DNA of 64,000 nucleotides from positions 32,001 to 96,000 of the forward strand of contig JASLXV010000067.1 of assembly GCA_030740155.1 (NCBI GenBank). The letters run 5' to 3'. Made by a program: the position numbers and the translations under genes. Every line of letters starts with the position of its first letter. The first letter of the stretch is position 1. The stretch comes from Dehalococcoidia bacterium. Its GTDB lineage: Bacteria > Chloroflexota > Dehalococcoidia > Lucifugimonadales > UBA3495. Under the pieces are notes generated by a model, which saw only the letters and a list, made by a program, of their open reading frames with translations, did not search any database and was not told the DNA's origin. Positions 10,243 to 20,086 of the stretch are shown here, piece by piece.

Positions 10243-10315
10243 TGTCATTCAGAGGAGCGCAGCGACGAAGAATCTCAGCGTAACAACGAGATTCTTCGCT
10301 TCGCTCTGAATGACA
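10243..10315. repeat. REP-like palindrome family B (TGTCATTC...GAAGAATCT...AGATTCTTCG...GAATGACA)
   Basis: Inverted arms visible; related copies at 48179-48290, 54171-54267, degenerate at 21591-21620. Confidence 0.85.
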
Positions 10316-10351
10316 ACTACCAGCAATAGGTTGACTGAGTACTAGGATGGT

Positions 10352-10450
10352 CCGGTTGCCTTGAGCTTGTTGAAGGGCTGGTGGTTCGACAGGCTCACCA
10401 CGAGCGTTTAGCAGGATCGCCACGAACGTTGGACCAGCTCACCACGAACG
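10352..10450. repeat. REP-like family C (TGAGCTTGTTGAA...TTCGACAGGCTCACCACGA) with repeated CCACGA(A/G)CG tails
   Basis: Inverted arms plus three CCACGA(A/G)CG copies. Confidence 0.7.
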
Positions 10451-10511
10451 CTGGGCAAACTCGCAGGGAACGGTATTGGTAAGCTGATTTTCAAAAGGAG
10501 GTACTAGCGCC

Positions 10512-11759
10512 GTGGCCGTTTATACGGTCAGCCAGGTGACCAGACACCTGAAAGACTCCCTGGAAAACGACCCGCTGCTGGCGGACCTGTGGCTCCTGGG
10601 CGAGGTGTCCAACTTCCGGTTGTCCTCCTCCGGGCATGCCTACTTCACCCTTAAAGATGATCAGAGCGTGCTGAACTGCGTCATGTTCCGGGGGCAGCCC
10701 GGCGTCGAGCTGCTCGCCAGCGGGACGTCGGTCTCCGCCCACGGCCGGATCACCTTCTACACCCGGCGTGGTTCCACCGACTTCATGGTGGACCTGGCCA
10801 TGCCTGAAGGGGTGGGCGAGCTGGCTCTGGAGCTGGAACAGCTCCGGCAGCGACTGGACGCTGAAGGGCTTTTCGAGATTACCCGCAAGCGGCCCTTGCC
10901 CCAGTTTCCCCAAGTTGTGGGCGTGGTGACTTCTCCCACCGGCGCCGTCTTCCACGATATTCAGAACGTCATCCGCCGGCGCTATCCCCTGGTGGAGCTG
11001 GTGCTGTCGCCGACCCCGGTTCAAGGCGCCGGCGCCGCCGCCAGCATCGCGTCGGCCCTGGAGAACCTGGACCGGGATGGACGGACCGACGTCATCATCA
11101 TCGCCCGGGGCGGCGGCTCCTTGGAGGAGCTGTGGCCGTTCAACGAAGAGGTGGTGGCCCGGGCAATATACGCCTGCCGGAGCCCGGTGGTCTGCGGTGT
11201 GGGCCACGAAACAGACACTACCATCGCCGACCAGGTGGCCGACGTGAGGGCGCCCACCCCTTCTGCTGCGGCGGAGCTGGTGGTGCCCCACCAGGACGTG
11301 TTGCGCCGGCAGCTGGCCGCGCTGGCGGAGCAATCCCTCCGGGCGATGGCCCTGGCCTTTGGCGAGAGGAGGACCGCGGTGGCCGGCCTGGTGCGTCGCA
11401 TGGACGGAGGCTTGCCCAACTTGGAAACCTGGCGGCGCAGAGTCGATGACCTGGCCCGGGGCGCAGACGTCGCGCTGGTCAACCGGGTGGGCCTGACCAG
11501 GTCCCGGGTAGAAGGCCTGGGACATCGGTTGCGGGCCCTGGACCCAGCCGCCACGTTGAAGCGGGGTTTTTCCGTGGTTCAGAACGCCTCTTCCGGCCAG
11601 GTGGTCTCCAGTACCGCCCAGGTTGCCACCGGCGACGCCTTGACCATCACGGTAAGCGATGGCTTCATTCCCGCGACGGCGGGATCCGGCGCCAGGACCA
11701 AGGCGGTCCGGAAGCCACGGGCCACCGCCAAAGGCCACGGGATGGAGCGCCTGCTGTAG
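10512..11759 (+). CDS. xseA: Exodeoxyribonuclease VII large subunit
   Basis: GEVSNF..SSGHAYFTLKD, VTSPTGAV, ARGGGSLEELWPFNEE, GVGHETD, RAPTPSAAAE. Confidence 0.96.
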   Translation: MAVYTVSQVTRHLKDSLENDPLLADLWLLGEVSNFRLSSSGHAYFTLKDDQSVLNCVMFRGQPGVELLASGTSVSAHGRITFYTRRGSTDFMVDLAMPEGVGELALELEQLRQRLDAEGLFEITRKRPLPQFPQVVGVVTSPTGAVFHDIQNVIRRRYPLVELVLSPTPVQGAGAAASIASALENLDRDGRTDVIIIARGGGSLEELWPFNEEVVARAIYACRSPVVCGVGHETDTTIADQVADVRAPTPSAAAELVVPHQDVLRRQLAALAEQSLRAMALAFGERRTAVAGLVRRMDGGLPNLETWRRRVDDLARGADVALVNRVGLTRSRVEGLGHRLRALDPAATLKRGFSVVQNASSGQVVSSTAQVATGDALTITVSDGFIPATAGSGARTKAVRKPRATAKGHGMERLL

Positions 11760-11925
11760 GCCCGGACACCTTGCTCCGCTCCTCCTTCTCGGTCCCGGCG
11801 GGAATAACCCGTGAGCCTGCCCGGCCCGCGGCCGACTCGGCGGCCGGGTGAGGACGCCCTACCCAAGCCGGCGTTCATCATGCATAATTGCCCTGAGTTC
11901 CATTCTATTCACACGAGGACCAACG

Positions 11926-12231
11926 ATGGCCGGAAAGCAAAAACCGGAATCGGACCAGAATCCCGACATCCTTTCCTTTGAGGAGTCCTTTCGACGCCTG
12001 GGGGAGATGGCCGAGTCCCTCGAGACCGGCGGGTTGACCCTGGCCGAGGCCACCGAGCGCTACGAGCAAGGCATGACCCTGGTCCGGCGGTGCAACCAAC
12101 TGCTGGACGAGACGGAACTGAGAATTACGAACCTGAAAGACGCCTACCAAACACCTCCGGCCGGGAGAGAGTGGGACCAGGACCAAGACGAGGACCAGGA
12201 CCAGGACCAAGACCAAGACGAGGAGGCATAG
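11926..12231 (+). CDS. xseB: Exodeoxyribonuclease VII small subunit with acidic DQ-repeat tail
   Basis: SFEESFRRL..MAESLE.GGLTL.EA.ERYEQGM.L...C; GAGGA RBS before ATG 11926. Confidence 0.92.
   Translation: MAGKQKPESDQNPDILSFEESFRRLGEMAESLETGGLTLAEATERYEQGMTLVRRCNQLLDETELRITNLKDAYQTPPAGREWDQDQDEDQDQDQDQDEEA
12175..12222 (+). repeat. In-frame hexamer repeat GAC(CAG/CAA/GAG) x8 encoding DQDQDEDQDQDQDQDE
   Basis: Read directly. Confidence 0.9.
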
Positions 12232-12310
12232 ACTTGCCTCCCGCCGTGACCCCAACCGGCTCCAGCCCTGCTCCGGAGTATTCCGGGCCGCGCCGGGTGC
12301 GGGCCTGATC

Positions 12311-13141
12311 GTGGTCAACATCGGTTGGTTTTCCACCGGCAACGGGGAAGGCTCCAGGGGTTTGCTTCGGTTCGTGCAGGAGCGGATCGCCCGCGGGCTG
12401 TTGGACGCCCGGATAGAGTTCGTTTTCAGCAACCGGGACCCCGGCGAGGCCGAGGGCTCGGACCTGTTTTTCGACTTGGTGACGGGCTACGGGTTGCCCT
12501 TGGTGACCTTCTCCTCCACCAGGTTCCGGCGAGCCAGGGGGCGGCCCTTCTCCGGCCTCCGGGAGGAGTACGACCGGCAGGTCATGGACCTGCTGTCGAG
12601 TTTTCACCCGGACATTTGCGTCCTGGCGGGTTACATGCTCATCGCCAGCGGCGCCATGTGCCGGTCCTATCCCCTCCTGAATCTGCATCCCGCGTTACCA
12701 GACGGTCCCATCGGCACCTGGCAGGAAGTCATCTGGGAGTTGGTGCAGTCCAGGGCAGAACGCACCGGCGCCATGATTCACCTGGCCACCGAAGATGTGG
12801 ACCGAGGGCCGGTGGTGTCCAACTGTACGGTGCCCATTACCGGGCCCTCCTTCGCACCACTTTGGGAGCAGTTGGGCCGGCAGGAGTTGGGCCAACCGCA
12901 AACCGGGCAAGGGGAGGAATCCCCGCTGTTCCACCTTATCCGGCAGGCCGGATACCAGAGGGAGCCCTATTTGCTCTTCGAGACCCTCCGGGCGGTGGCG
13001 GAAGGGCAGGTTACTCTGAAGGAAGGCCAGGTCCTGGACCGGGACGGGAAACCCCTGTCACATACCGCCCCCAAGGGCCTGTCCTTGGACCGGGAGATCG
13101 AGGGGGCGATGGCTCGGGACGGCTTGCAGCCCATCCGGTGA
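12311..13141 (+). CDS. purN: Phosphoribosylglycinamide formyltransferase (divergent PurN)
   Basis: FSTGNG, VFSNR, VLAGYM, LNLHPALP, GAMIH...VDRGPVV formyltransferase motifs. Confidence 0.8.
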   Translation: MVNIGWFSTGNGEGSRGLLRFVQERIARGLLDARIEFVFSNRDPGEAEGSDLFFDLVTGYGLPLVTFSSTRFRRARGRPFSGLREEYDRQVMDLLSSFHPDICVLAGYMLIASGAMCRSYPLLNLHPALPDGPIGTWQEVIWELVQSRAERTGAMIHLATEDVDRGPVVSNCTVPITGPSFAPLWEQLGRQELGQPQTGQGEESPLFHLIRQAGYQREPYLLFETLRAVAEGQVTLKEGQVLDRDGKPLSHTAPKGLSLDREIEGAMARDGLQPIR

Positions 13142-13184
13142 GCGCCGCATCCGAGGGAAAAGGGGGCCGGCCCGCTCCGCGACC

Positions 13185-13339
13185 CCAAACAATCTCGGGT
13201 GGTTGGGCCGGGATGTGAAAAACCCTCCCCAAAACCGTCTTTCCGGCGAAGGCCGGAATCCAGAAAAGCGTCAACTGGATCCCGGCCTTCGCCGGGATGA
13301 CGGACCGGGTATTCGACCGATTACGAGATTCTGGACCAG
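13185..13339. mobile_element. MITE-like element carrying REP family A (core 13235-13303)
   Basis: Right end ACGAGATTCTGGACCAG resembles ACGAGACTGCGGACTAG at 10199-10215; lies between convergent purN and clpX. Confidence 0.6.
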
Positions 13340-13463
13340 AGCAAGGGTCGACCGGGGAGATGGGGCCGAAGAAGGTGTGGCACTATAGCTGGGACGGGGG
13401 CCACCTGGGCTGCGGTTGTGGTCGGGGCCGGTTGAGTTTCGGGGGGCTATCGGTGGAAGGGGG

Positions 13464-14762
13464 CTACGCCGATTTTTCCAGAGAGTCCAGGGTGAGACTC
13501 AGGGTCTCACCGGATTCGGTAAAGAGCTTGGGAGCGCCGGTTCCTTCGATGGCATCGCGGTCCACCACGCACCGTACCACTTCCTCCAAAGAGGGAAGCT
13601 CGTACATCACGTCCAGCAGGGCCTCTTCGATCACGTAGCGCAAACAACGGGCTCCCGTCTGGTGTTCCAGAGCGCGCTCCGCCGCTGCGTCCAAGGCTTC
13701 GGGGGCGAACTCCAAATCTACCCCGTCGATGCCGAACAATTGTTGGTACTGCTTGACGATGGCGTTCTTGGGCTCGGTCAACACGCGGACCAATGCTTCC
13801 TTGTCCAGGGGTTCCAAGGCCGCCGCCACCGGCAACCGGCCCACCATCTCGGGGATAAAGCCGAAATCCAGCAGGTCTTCCGGGATTACGTGGCTGAGGT
13901 AACTTTGCTCCGTCTCCGGCTCCGCCTTGTTTCTGCCCCCGGCCAGAAAACCCAGCCGCGACTCGCCGGTCGACAATCGCCGGGCGACTACTTCTTCCAA
14001 GCCGTCGAAGGCCCCGCCGCAGATGAACAGGATGTTCCGAGTGTTGATTTGCAGGAACTCCTGGTGGGGGTGCTTGCGGCCCCCCTGTGGTGGAACGTTG
14101 GCGACGCAGCCCTCGATGATCTTCAGCAGCTCTTGCTGAACGCCTTCACCGGAAACGTCCCGGGTTATGGACCGGTTCACACCCTCTTTGCGGGCTATTT
14201 TGTCCAGTTCGTCGATGTAGATGATGCCGTGCTCCGCCCGGGAGACATCCCATTCGGCTGCTTGAATCAGCCGCAGCAGGATGTTCTCCACGTCCTCTCC
14301 CACATAGCCTGATTCGGTGAGAGAGGTGGCGTCGCAGACGGCGAAGGGCACCTCCAGGGTGCGGGCCAAGGTTTCCGCGAGCAGGGTCTTTCCACAACCG
14401 GTTGGTCCGATAAGCAGAATATTTGTCTTCTGCAGCTCAACATCGGACTTTCTGGTGCCGTTCCAGATTCTCTTGAAGTGGTTGTAGACGGCCACGCTGA
14501 GAATCTTCTTGGCCTTCTCCTGGGCGACCACATATTCTTCGAGACTGGCGTAGATCTCCCGGGGCACCAGTGGACCCTTGCGGTCATGGCGTTGGGCCCG
14601 CTTCGGCGGCTCTTGCTCAATGAGCTGCCCTAGGACGCGGATGCAATCGTAGCAGACCGTGGCACGGCCTTTTCCGGCGATAACGAGGTTGGCCCGAGAC
14701 TGGCCTTTCTCGCAGAAGGAACACTGGGACAACCTGGGCCCATTTCTGGTGCTAGAAACCAA
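13464..14762 (-). CDS. clpX: ATP-dependent Clp protease ATP-binding subunit ClpX
   Basis: CSFC Zn finger, [35 protein letters not shown] loop. Confidence 0.97.
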   Translation of the reverse strand: MVSSTRNGPRLSQCSFCEKGQSRANLVIAGKGRATVCYDCIRVLGQLIEQEPPKRAQRHDRKGPLVPREIYASLEEYVVAQEKAKKILSVAVYNHFKRIWNGTRKSDVELQKTNILLIGPTGCGKTLLAETLARTLEVPFAVCDATSLTESGYVGEDVENILLRLIQAAEWDVSRAEHGIIYIDELDKIARKEGVNRSITRDVSGEGVQQELLKIIEGCVANVPPQGGRKHPHQEFLQINTRNILFICGGAFDGLEEVVARRLSTGESRLGFLAGGRNKAEPETEQSYLSHVIPEDLLDFGFIPEMVGRLPVAAALEPLDKEALVRVLTEPKNAIVKQYQQLFGIDGVDLEFAPEALDAAAERALEHQTGARCLRYVIEEALLDVMYELPSLEEVVRCVVDRDAIEGTGAPKLFTESGETLSLTLDSLEKSA

Positions 14763-14809
14763 TCGACCCTCTCACTCCATCGACTAGGCGGGTGGCCTCA
14801 GGAACCGTT

Positions 14810-15466
14810 TTATTCCTTTTCTTTTTCTTTCTCTTCTTCTTCGTTCTTCGCCGAGCCCAGGATTTCATCAACCAGGGAGTATTCCACTCCCTGCTCCGCG
14901 GTCAGGTAAAAGTCACGGTCGGTGTCCCGGGCGATCTTGTCGTAGGTCTGGCCCGTGTTCTCGGCCAGTATGCTGCGGATCTTGTCCTGCAACCGTATGA
15001 TCTCCCTGGCGGCGATCTCGATGTCGGTGGCCTGGCCCTGGGCGCCCCCCATGGGTTGGTGCATGTGGATGGTGGAGTTGGGCAAGGCGTACCGCTTACC
15101 CTTGCTCCCGCCGGAAAGAAGCACGGTGGCCATGCTGGCGGTCATCCCCAGGCAGATGGTGGACACCTCGGGATTGATCAATCGCATGGTGTCGTATATC
15201 GCCAGGCCGGAGCTGATGACGCCGCCCGGGCTGTTGATATAAAGGTTGATCCCCTTGTCCGGGTCCTCCCGTTCCAGGTAGAGAAGCTGGGCGATGATGG
15301 TGTTGGCCACGTGGTCGTTGATCGGAGTACCCAGGAATATAATCCGCTCCTTGAGCAACAGGGAGTAGATGTCGAAAGCCCGCTCTCCGCGAGGGCTGGT
15401 CTCGATGACCATGGGAATAATATTCTGGGGGACGTAAAACGACGAATCGTAAGGGTTATTCTGCAT
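14810..15466 (-). CDS. clpP: ATP-dependent Clp protease proteolytic subunit
   Basis: [41 protein letters not shown]. Confidence 0.97.
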   Translation of the reverse strand: MQNNPYDSSFYVPQNIIPMVIETSPRGERAFDIYSLLLKERIIFLGTPINDHVANTIIAQLLYLEREDPDKGINLYINSPGGVISSGLAIYDTMRLINPEVSTICLGMTASMATVLLSGGSKGKRYALPNSTIHMHQPMGGAQGQATDIEIAAREIIRLQDKIRSILAENTGQTYDKIARDTDRDFYLTAEQGVEYSLVDEILGSAKNEEEEKEKEKE

Positions 15467-16844
15467 CAGGATTCGTTCCTTCCTCGTGTTCTTCGGGATC
15501 TTCAGTCTTCGCGTTGGTGGGTTCTTCCGGCTCTGGAGTGGTCTCACCGACTACCGGCTCCGCGCCCTGCCCCTCGACGATTTGCACCAGGCGCTGGATT
15601 ACCTTGCGGTTGAATACCATCGAGCGAATCGAGTCCTTGGCGCTGTCTGATGAGAGGGCTTGGCGAGTCGCTTCCTCGGAACCCGCCGACTCGGTCAGCA
15701 TGGACTCGATTTCTGCCTGGATGTCCTCCGAGGAGACTTCGATGCCCTCTTCTTTGGCCAGCTTCCGTAGCACCAGGTAGGAGTTCAGCCGCTGTTCAGC
15801 CTGGGGCTTGAGTTGCTCTCTCCATTCCTCTTCCGTTTTTCCAATGTAACTCAGATAAGTGTCCATGTCTATGCGCTGATTGCGCATAGACCGCTCCCGC
15901 TCCTCGTACATCCCATTCAGTTCCCGCTCGTAAATCAGGGCGGATGCTTGGATCTCGGCGAGCTTGAGCAGTTCCTCCAGGCTGTCGTGCTCCAGTTGGC
16001 GCAACGACGTCTTTTCTGCGGTCGTGGTCAGTTGGCCGCGCACGAACGCGGTCAAGGCCTCGACGCTCTCGTACCCGTCCCGGACCCCTTTGGCGAACTC
16101 GTCGTCCAACTCGGGCAGAGTTTTCACTTTGACGGCCAACACCCGCACCTGCAGATGGCACTCCTTGCCCGCGTAGTCGCCCTGGTGATGGTCCTCGGGG
16201 ATCGTCAGAGTAAACTCTTTCTCTTGCCCTTCGGACATTCCTTCTAGGTAGACGGAGAACCCGGGCATGGGAAGCGGGTTTTCGAGTTGGGGGATAAAAT
16301 CGACGCCCTGGTCGTTGATAACGCTTTCCCCGGCGATGGTGCCGAGAATGTCCAGGCTGACCAGGTCCCCGAATTTCACCGCGCGGCCAGCGGGCTCCCA
16401 AGGGGCAGCCTCCTGCCGCAACTGCTCGATGACCTCGTCCACCTGACCATCGGTTACCTCAACCGCCTGGCGTTCCAGCCGGAGGGCCAGGTACTCCCCC
16501 AGGTCGACAAGCGGCTCCAGGGGTACTACCGCTTTAAAGGAAACCGGCTCAGTTTCCAGGATCTCCAACTGGGGCTCCGAGAACGCCTCGAGATTCTCAT
16601 TCTTGAGGACCTGGTCCAGGGTCTCAGGCACCATGAAATCCAGGGCCTCTTGGATCAAGACAGCCCGGCCGACGTGACTTTCTACGATAGACCTGGGCGC
16701 TTTTCCGGGGCGGAACCCCGGTATCCTCACCTGCTTCACCACTTGGCGGTAGGAGCGAGAAATAAAGGGTTCTTCGTCCTCTGGCTCCATTGCGATACTT
16801 AGGGTGACTTCAGTGGGCCCAACCGACTCCGTGGTGATATTCAC
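15456..16844 (-). CDS. tig: Trigger factor
   Basis: [10 protein letters not shown] ribosome-binding motif, [10 protein letters not shown]; tig-clpP-clpX synteny. Confidence 0.95.
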   Translation of the reverse strand: MNITTESVGPTEVTLSIAMEPEDEEPFISRSYRQVVKQVRIPGFRPGKAPRSIVESHVGRAVLIQEALDFMVPETLDQVLKNENLEAFSEPQLEILETEPVSFKAVVPLEPLVDLGEYLALRLERQAVEVTDGQVDEVIEQLRQEAAPWEPAGRAVKFGDLVSLDILGTIAGESVINDQGVDFIPQLENPLPMPGFSVYLEGMSEGQEKEFTLTIPEDHHQGDYAGKECHLQVRVLAVKVKTLPELDDEFAKGVRDGYESVEALTAFVRGQLTTTAEKTSLRQLEHDSLEELLKLAEIQASALIYERELNGMYEERERSMRNQRIDMDTYLSYIGKTEEEWREQLKPQAEQRLNSYLVLRKLAKEEGIEVSSEDIQAEIESMLTESAGSEEATRQALSSDSAKDSIRSMVFNRKVIQRLVQIVEGQGAEPVVGETTPEPEEPTNAKTEDPEEHEEGTNPDAE

Positions 16845-17083
16845 AGGCAGCGCTCTCCGTGTTTCCGATGCAGCTTTGGGAAGGCCCGAAAGGTGGCCAG
16901 GGAAGCCGGTGGGCCAGGTTCAAGTATAGCATAGTCCGTAATGGTTGAAAATTACTATGAACCCTCCCGTGGACCAGCGAAAAACGTGCCGGGCAGTGGG
17001 CCTGCGGTAGTGGTCAATGTTTAAGAAAAGGGCTAAATTTGGTCAATTGCCCGAAATACGTTTAAAAATGGTCTTAAAAAACG

Positions 17084-17113
17084 TTGACAATGCAGTACGA
17101 GGGTTGGTAGTTT
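17084..17113 (+). promoter_or_regulatory. Sigma-70 promoter candidate for rsmH-ftsA-ftsZ
   Basis: TTGACA-18bp-TAGTTT with AT-rich upstream sequence. Confidence 0.55.
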
Positions 17114-17465
17114 TGGGCCGATGGGGAGAAATAGGGGCTGCGGTGGATGATCCCCTCTGTTCCACTCTACTAAAGCCGAGCGGGCTCCAATTTCCGGAGC
17201 ACCCTCCGGCCCTCTGAGGCTACCCGCCAGCCTGCGGGATAGCCAATCGATCCAGGCTAACGGCCCATGCGGTTAAGACCGCCTCTTTTACGTCGAGAGT
17301 ATTTGCGTTAACGATTGTTCCCCGTCCGTGGGACCGATCGTTGCGCCGAGGCAGTGAACCCGCATCGACCGGATTGACGAAGACACTTTGTTTCATGAGG
17401 AAACAGTGACTCTATCGACGCCAATACTGGACCGAGAAACCGCGAGTTTGCAGTGGGAGTTGGCT

Positions 17466-18422
17466 ATGGCCAAGATCGACTCGGACTCGGGCAACGACGG
17501 CCCCACGTATCACCGGCCGGTCCTGTTGGCGGAGTCGGTTGAGCGCTTGGCAGTCCGGCCGGACGGCGTTTACCTGGATGGCACGTTGGGTGAAGGCGGC
17601 CATGCCGAGGCGATCCTCGATGCCTCGGCGCCTTCAGGCACGGTGTTAGGAATCGACCTGGACCCGCGGTCATTGGTCCGGGCTAACGAGCGGCTCGAAG
17701 GCTACGGCCGGCGAATGATCTCCGTCCAGGGGAACTATGCCGACATGGTGGACCTGGTTCAGCCGAAAGGGATTACCCAAGTCGACGGGGTGTTGTTGGA
17801 CCTTGGGTTCTCTTCGCGTCAGGTCCGGGAGCCCGGGTATGGGTTCAGCTTCCGGACCGACGAGCCTCTGGACATGCGCTACGATCCGGCCGGGCCGTGG
17901 ACGGCGGAGCGCATCGTCAACACCTACGCTGAGAAGGACCTGGCGTGGCTCATTTTCCACTACGGAGAAGAGCCCAGGTCCAGGGCGATCGCCCGGGACA
18001 TCGTCCGAGGCCGGCCCGTTGAATCTACCGCGCACCTGGCCGGCCTGGTGGCCCGTACCGTGGGTCAACGGCGGGGGCGCCGGGTTCATCCGGCCACCCG
18101 CACCTTTCAGGCGCTACGAATCGCCGTGAACGGAGAGTTGGACAATCTGGAGGCCGGCTTGATGGCCGCCGTCCAACTGCTGGCCCCGGCGGGGGTGTTG
18201 GTGGTGATCAGCTATCACAGCCTCGAAGACCGGGCGGTCAAGAAATTTCTGGCCCGGGAATCCGCCGGCTGCATTTGCCCACCGGAGTTACCCGTCTGCG
18301 CTTGCGGTCGCCAACCGGATTTGCGAATCGTCAACCGGAAGGTTATCCGTCCGTCCTTCGCGGAGGTGCAGTCGAACCCTCGCAGCCGGAGCGCGAAGAT
18401 GCGGGTGGCCCAACGGATTTAG
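17466..18422 (+). CDS. rsmH: 16S rRNA m4C1402 methyltransferase RsmH (MraW)
   Basis: HRPVLL.E, DGTLGEGGHA, DLGFSS, PLDMR, HPATRTFQALRIAVN, ISYHSLEDR, NPRSRSAKMR. Confidence 0.97.
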   Translation: MAKIDSDSGNDGPTYHRPVLLAESVERLAVRPDGVYLDGTLGEGGHAEAILDASAPSGTVLGIDLDPRSLVRANERLEGYGRRMISVQGNYADMVDLVQPKGITQVDGVLLDLGFSSRQVREPGYGFSFRTDEPLDMRYDPAGPWTAERIVNTYAEKDLAWLIFHYGEEPRSRAIARDIVRGRPVESTAHLAGLVARTVGQRRGRRVHPATRTFQALRIAVNGELDNLEAGLMAAVQLLAPAGVLVVISYHSLEDRAVKKFLARESAGCICPPELPVCACGRQPDLRIVNRKVIRPSFAEVQSNPRSRSAKMRVAQRI

Positions 18423-18483
18423 GGGCTCCCCCGGTCTCCTTTAGATAAGGGAGAAATAAGGCTGATGAAAGGATGGTGGCAAC

Positions 18484-19743
18484 TTGGCTAGGGACACTTT
18501 TTACACAGCCGTTGACATGGGCACCAACAAAGTTGCGTCCATCGTGGCCCGCGTGGGCACCGAGGGCGAGCTAAAAATCTTGGGCACCGGCATCGTGCCA
18601 TCCCAAGGGATGCACAAGGGCCGCATCGAGAGTATCGAGGAGGCCCAGGTGGCGGTGCGCTCTTCCCTGGAGGAAGCCCAGCGGTACATCGGCCATGGGG
18701 TGGTGGCTGGGGTCTATGTGGGCGTCAGTGGAACCCACATAACATGTCTGAATACTAAGGAAACGGTGGACCACCTGGCCGATGTCGACGACATCAGCAC
18801 CCAGCTATTGGACAAACTGATCCAGTCCTCTTTCCCCCAGGTGACTCGCACTCAAGAGGTCGTGCACATAATCCCCATTGGTTACGACGTGGATGGGATG
18901 TCGGGGGTGCGTAACCCGGTGGGGCTTCACGGAAGACAAGTCCAGGTAGAGGCTCACGTGGTGCTTGGAGATGCGGCGACATTGAAGAACACCGTGAAGG
19001 CGGTGGAGGCCAGCCGGATCTCCGTCAAGAGCCTGGTGCTCCAGTCCCTGGCCTCAGCCGAGGCCACCCTCACCGGAGACGAGCGGGAGATGGGAACGGT
19101 GTTGGCGGATATTGGGGGCGGGACCACCGACGTGATTATCTACCGCCAGGGAAACCCCTGGTATTCGGCGATCATCCCGGTGGGTGGCGACCATCTCACC
19201 CGGGACCTGTCGGTGGCGATGCGCACTCCGTTCTATGTGGCAGAGGAAATGAAGCTCAAGTGGGGCCACGCCATGCCGGAGATGGTGAAGGTGGATGATG
19301 AGGTGGTGATCCCGAGCTTCGAAGGCCAGCCTCGGCGCATTGTCCAACGGCGGGAACTCAGTGAGCCCCTGGAAGCCCGCATCGTGGAGTTGCTGAAGCA
19401 GATCCTCCTCAAAATGCGGCAGGCTGGGCTGCGGCAGTTCCCGGCGGGGGGGTTGGTCCTCACCGGCGGGTGTGCCGAATTGCCTGGCTTCCGGGAGTTG
19501 GCCCAGAAAACCCTTGGCGGTCCGGTGCGAATCGGGTATCCCCGCGGCATCGCCGGGCTACCCACTCAGCTGCAGAAGCCGGCCTACTCCGCCGGCGTTG
19601 GGTTGCTCCTTTGGGGAATAAAGCACCAGGGTGAGAAACGCCCGTACCGAAATGGAGAGCGGACCCTTTGGGGGAACAAGCCCTTGATGCGTTGGTTCAA
19701 GCGGGGCTCTAAGAACAAAAAGGCCAAGGTCGAAGTTGGGTAG
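18484..19743 (+). CDS. ftsA: Cell division protein FtsA
   Basis: VDMGTNKV, DIGGGTTD, PVGGDHLTRDL, LVLTGG; upstream of ftsZ. Confidence 0.94.
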   Translation: MARDTFYTAVDMGTNKVASIVARVGTEGELKILGTGIVPSQGMHKGRIESIEEAQVAVRSSLEEAQRYIGHGVVAGVYVGVSGTHITCLNTKETVDHLADVDDISTQLLDKLIQSSFPQVTRTQEVVHIIPIGYDVDGMSGVRNPVGLHGRQVQVEAHVVLGDAATLKNTVKAVEASRISVKSLVLQSLASAEATLTGDEREMGTVLADIGGGTTDVIIYRQGNPWYSAIIPVGGDHLTRDLSVAMRTPFYVAEEMKLKWGHAMPEMVKVDDEVVIPSFEGQPRRIVQRRELSEPLEARIVELLKQILLKMRQAGLRQFPAGGLVLTGGCAELPGFRELAQKTLGGPVRIGYPRGIAGLPTQLQKPAYSAGVGLLLWGIKHQGEKRPYRNGERTLWGNKPLMRWFKRGSKNKKAKVEVG

Positions 19744-20086
19744 ACAGCGGACATCAGGCGGCTATTGGCCAGTTTTCTGGCCGGCTTTCTTGAACGTCCG
19801 CACCGGGTACCGGCAGTCACAGACCGCCGGGCCCAGGGTGGTGAGGAAGGGGGAGATTCCCGATCAAGGCCCTTCGGCCCGGATGATTGGGCCGGCGGGG
19901 GCACGGAGAAGAGCACTGAGGCAAACGCTTCGGTCCAGCACTATCGGCAGCGTACAAGCTAAGGGCCACCGGCCCGTGGCGATTCCAGATAGAGGCCGGG
20001 ATGCAGGGGTGGGCCAAGGGTGGCCCGTTATCTGGGGGCAGCGCCGATTCAATTCGCGGCCTATATTGTGACGTGGAGGGAGAACA

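Larger units (their letters stand above)
10017..10507. mobile_element. Composite/nested MITE-like insertion between efp and xseA
   Basis: Outer imperfect TIRs CTAGcgCCTCCcgTTT / CAAaaGGAGGtaCTAG; inner modules 10047-10215 and 10212-10345, each with its own TIRs and a REP-like palindrome. Confidence 0.6.

Noticed and set aside
17147..17465. mraZ pseudogene
   Set aside because: No D.KGR-type MraZ motif seen in the plus-strand frames I read
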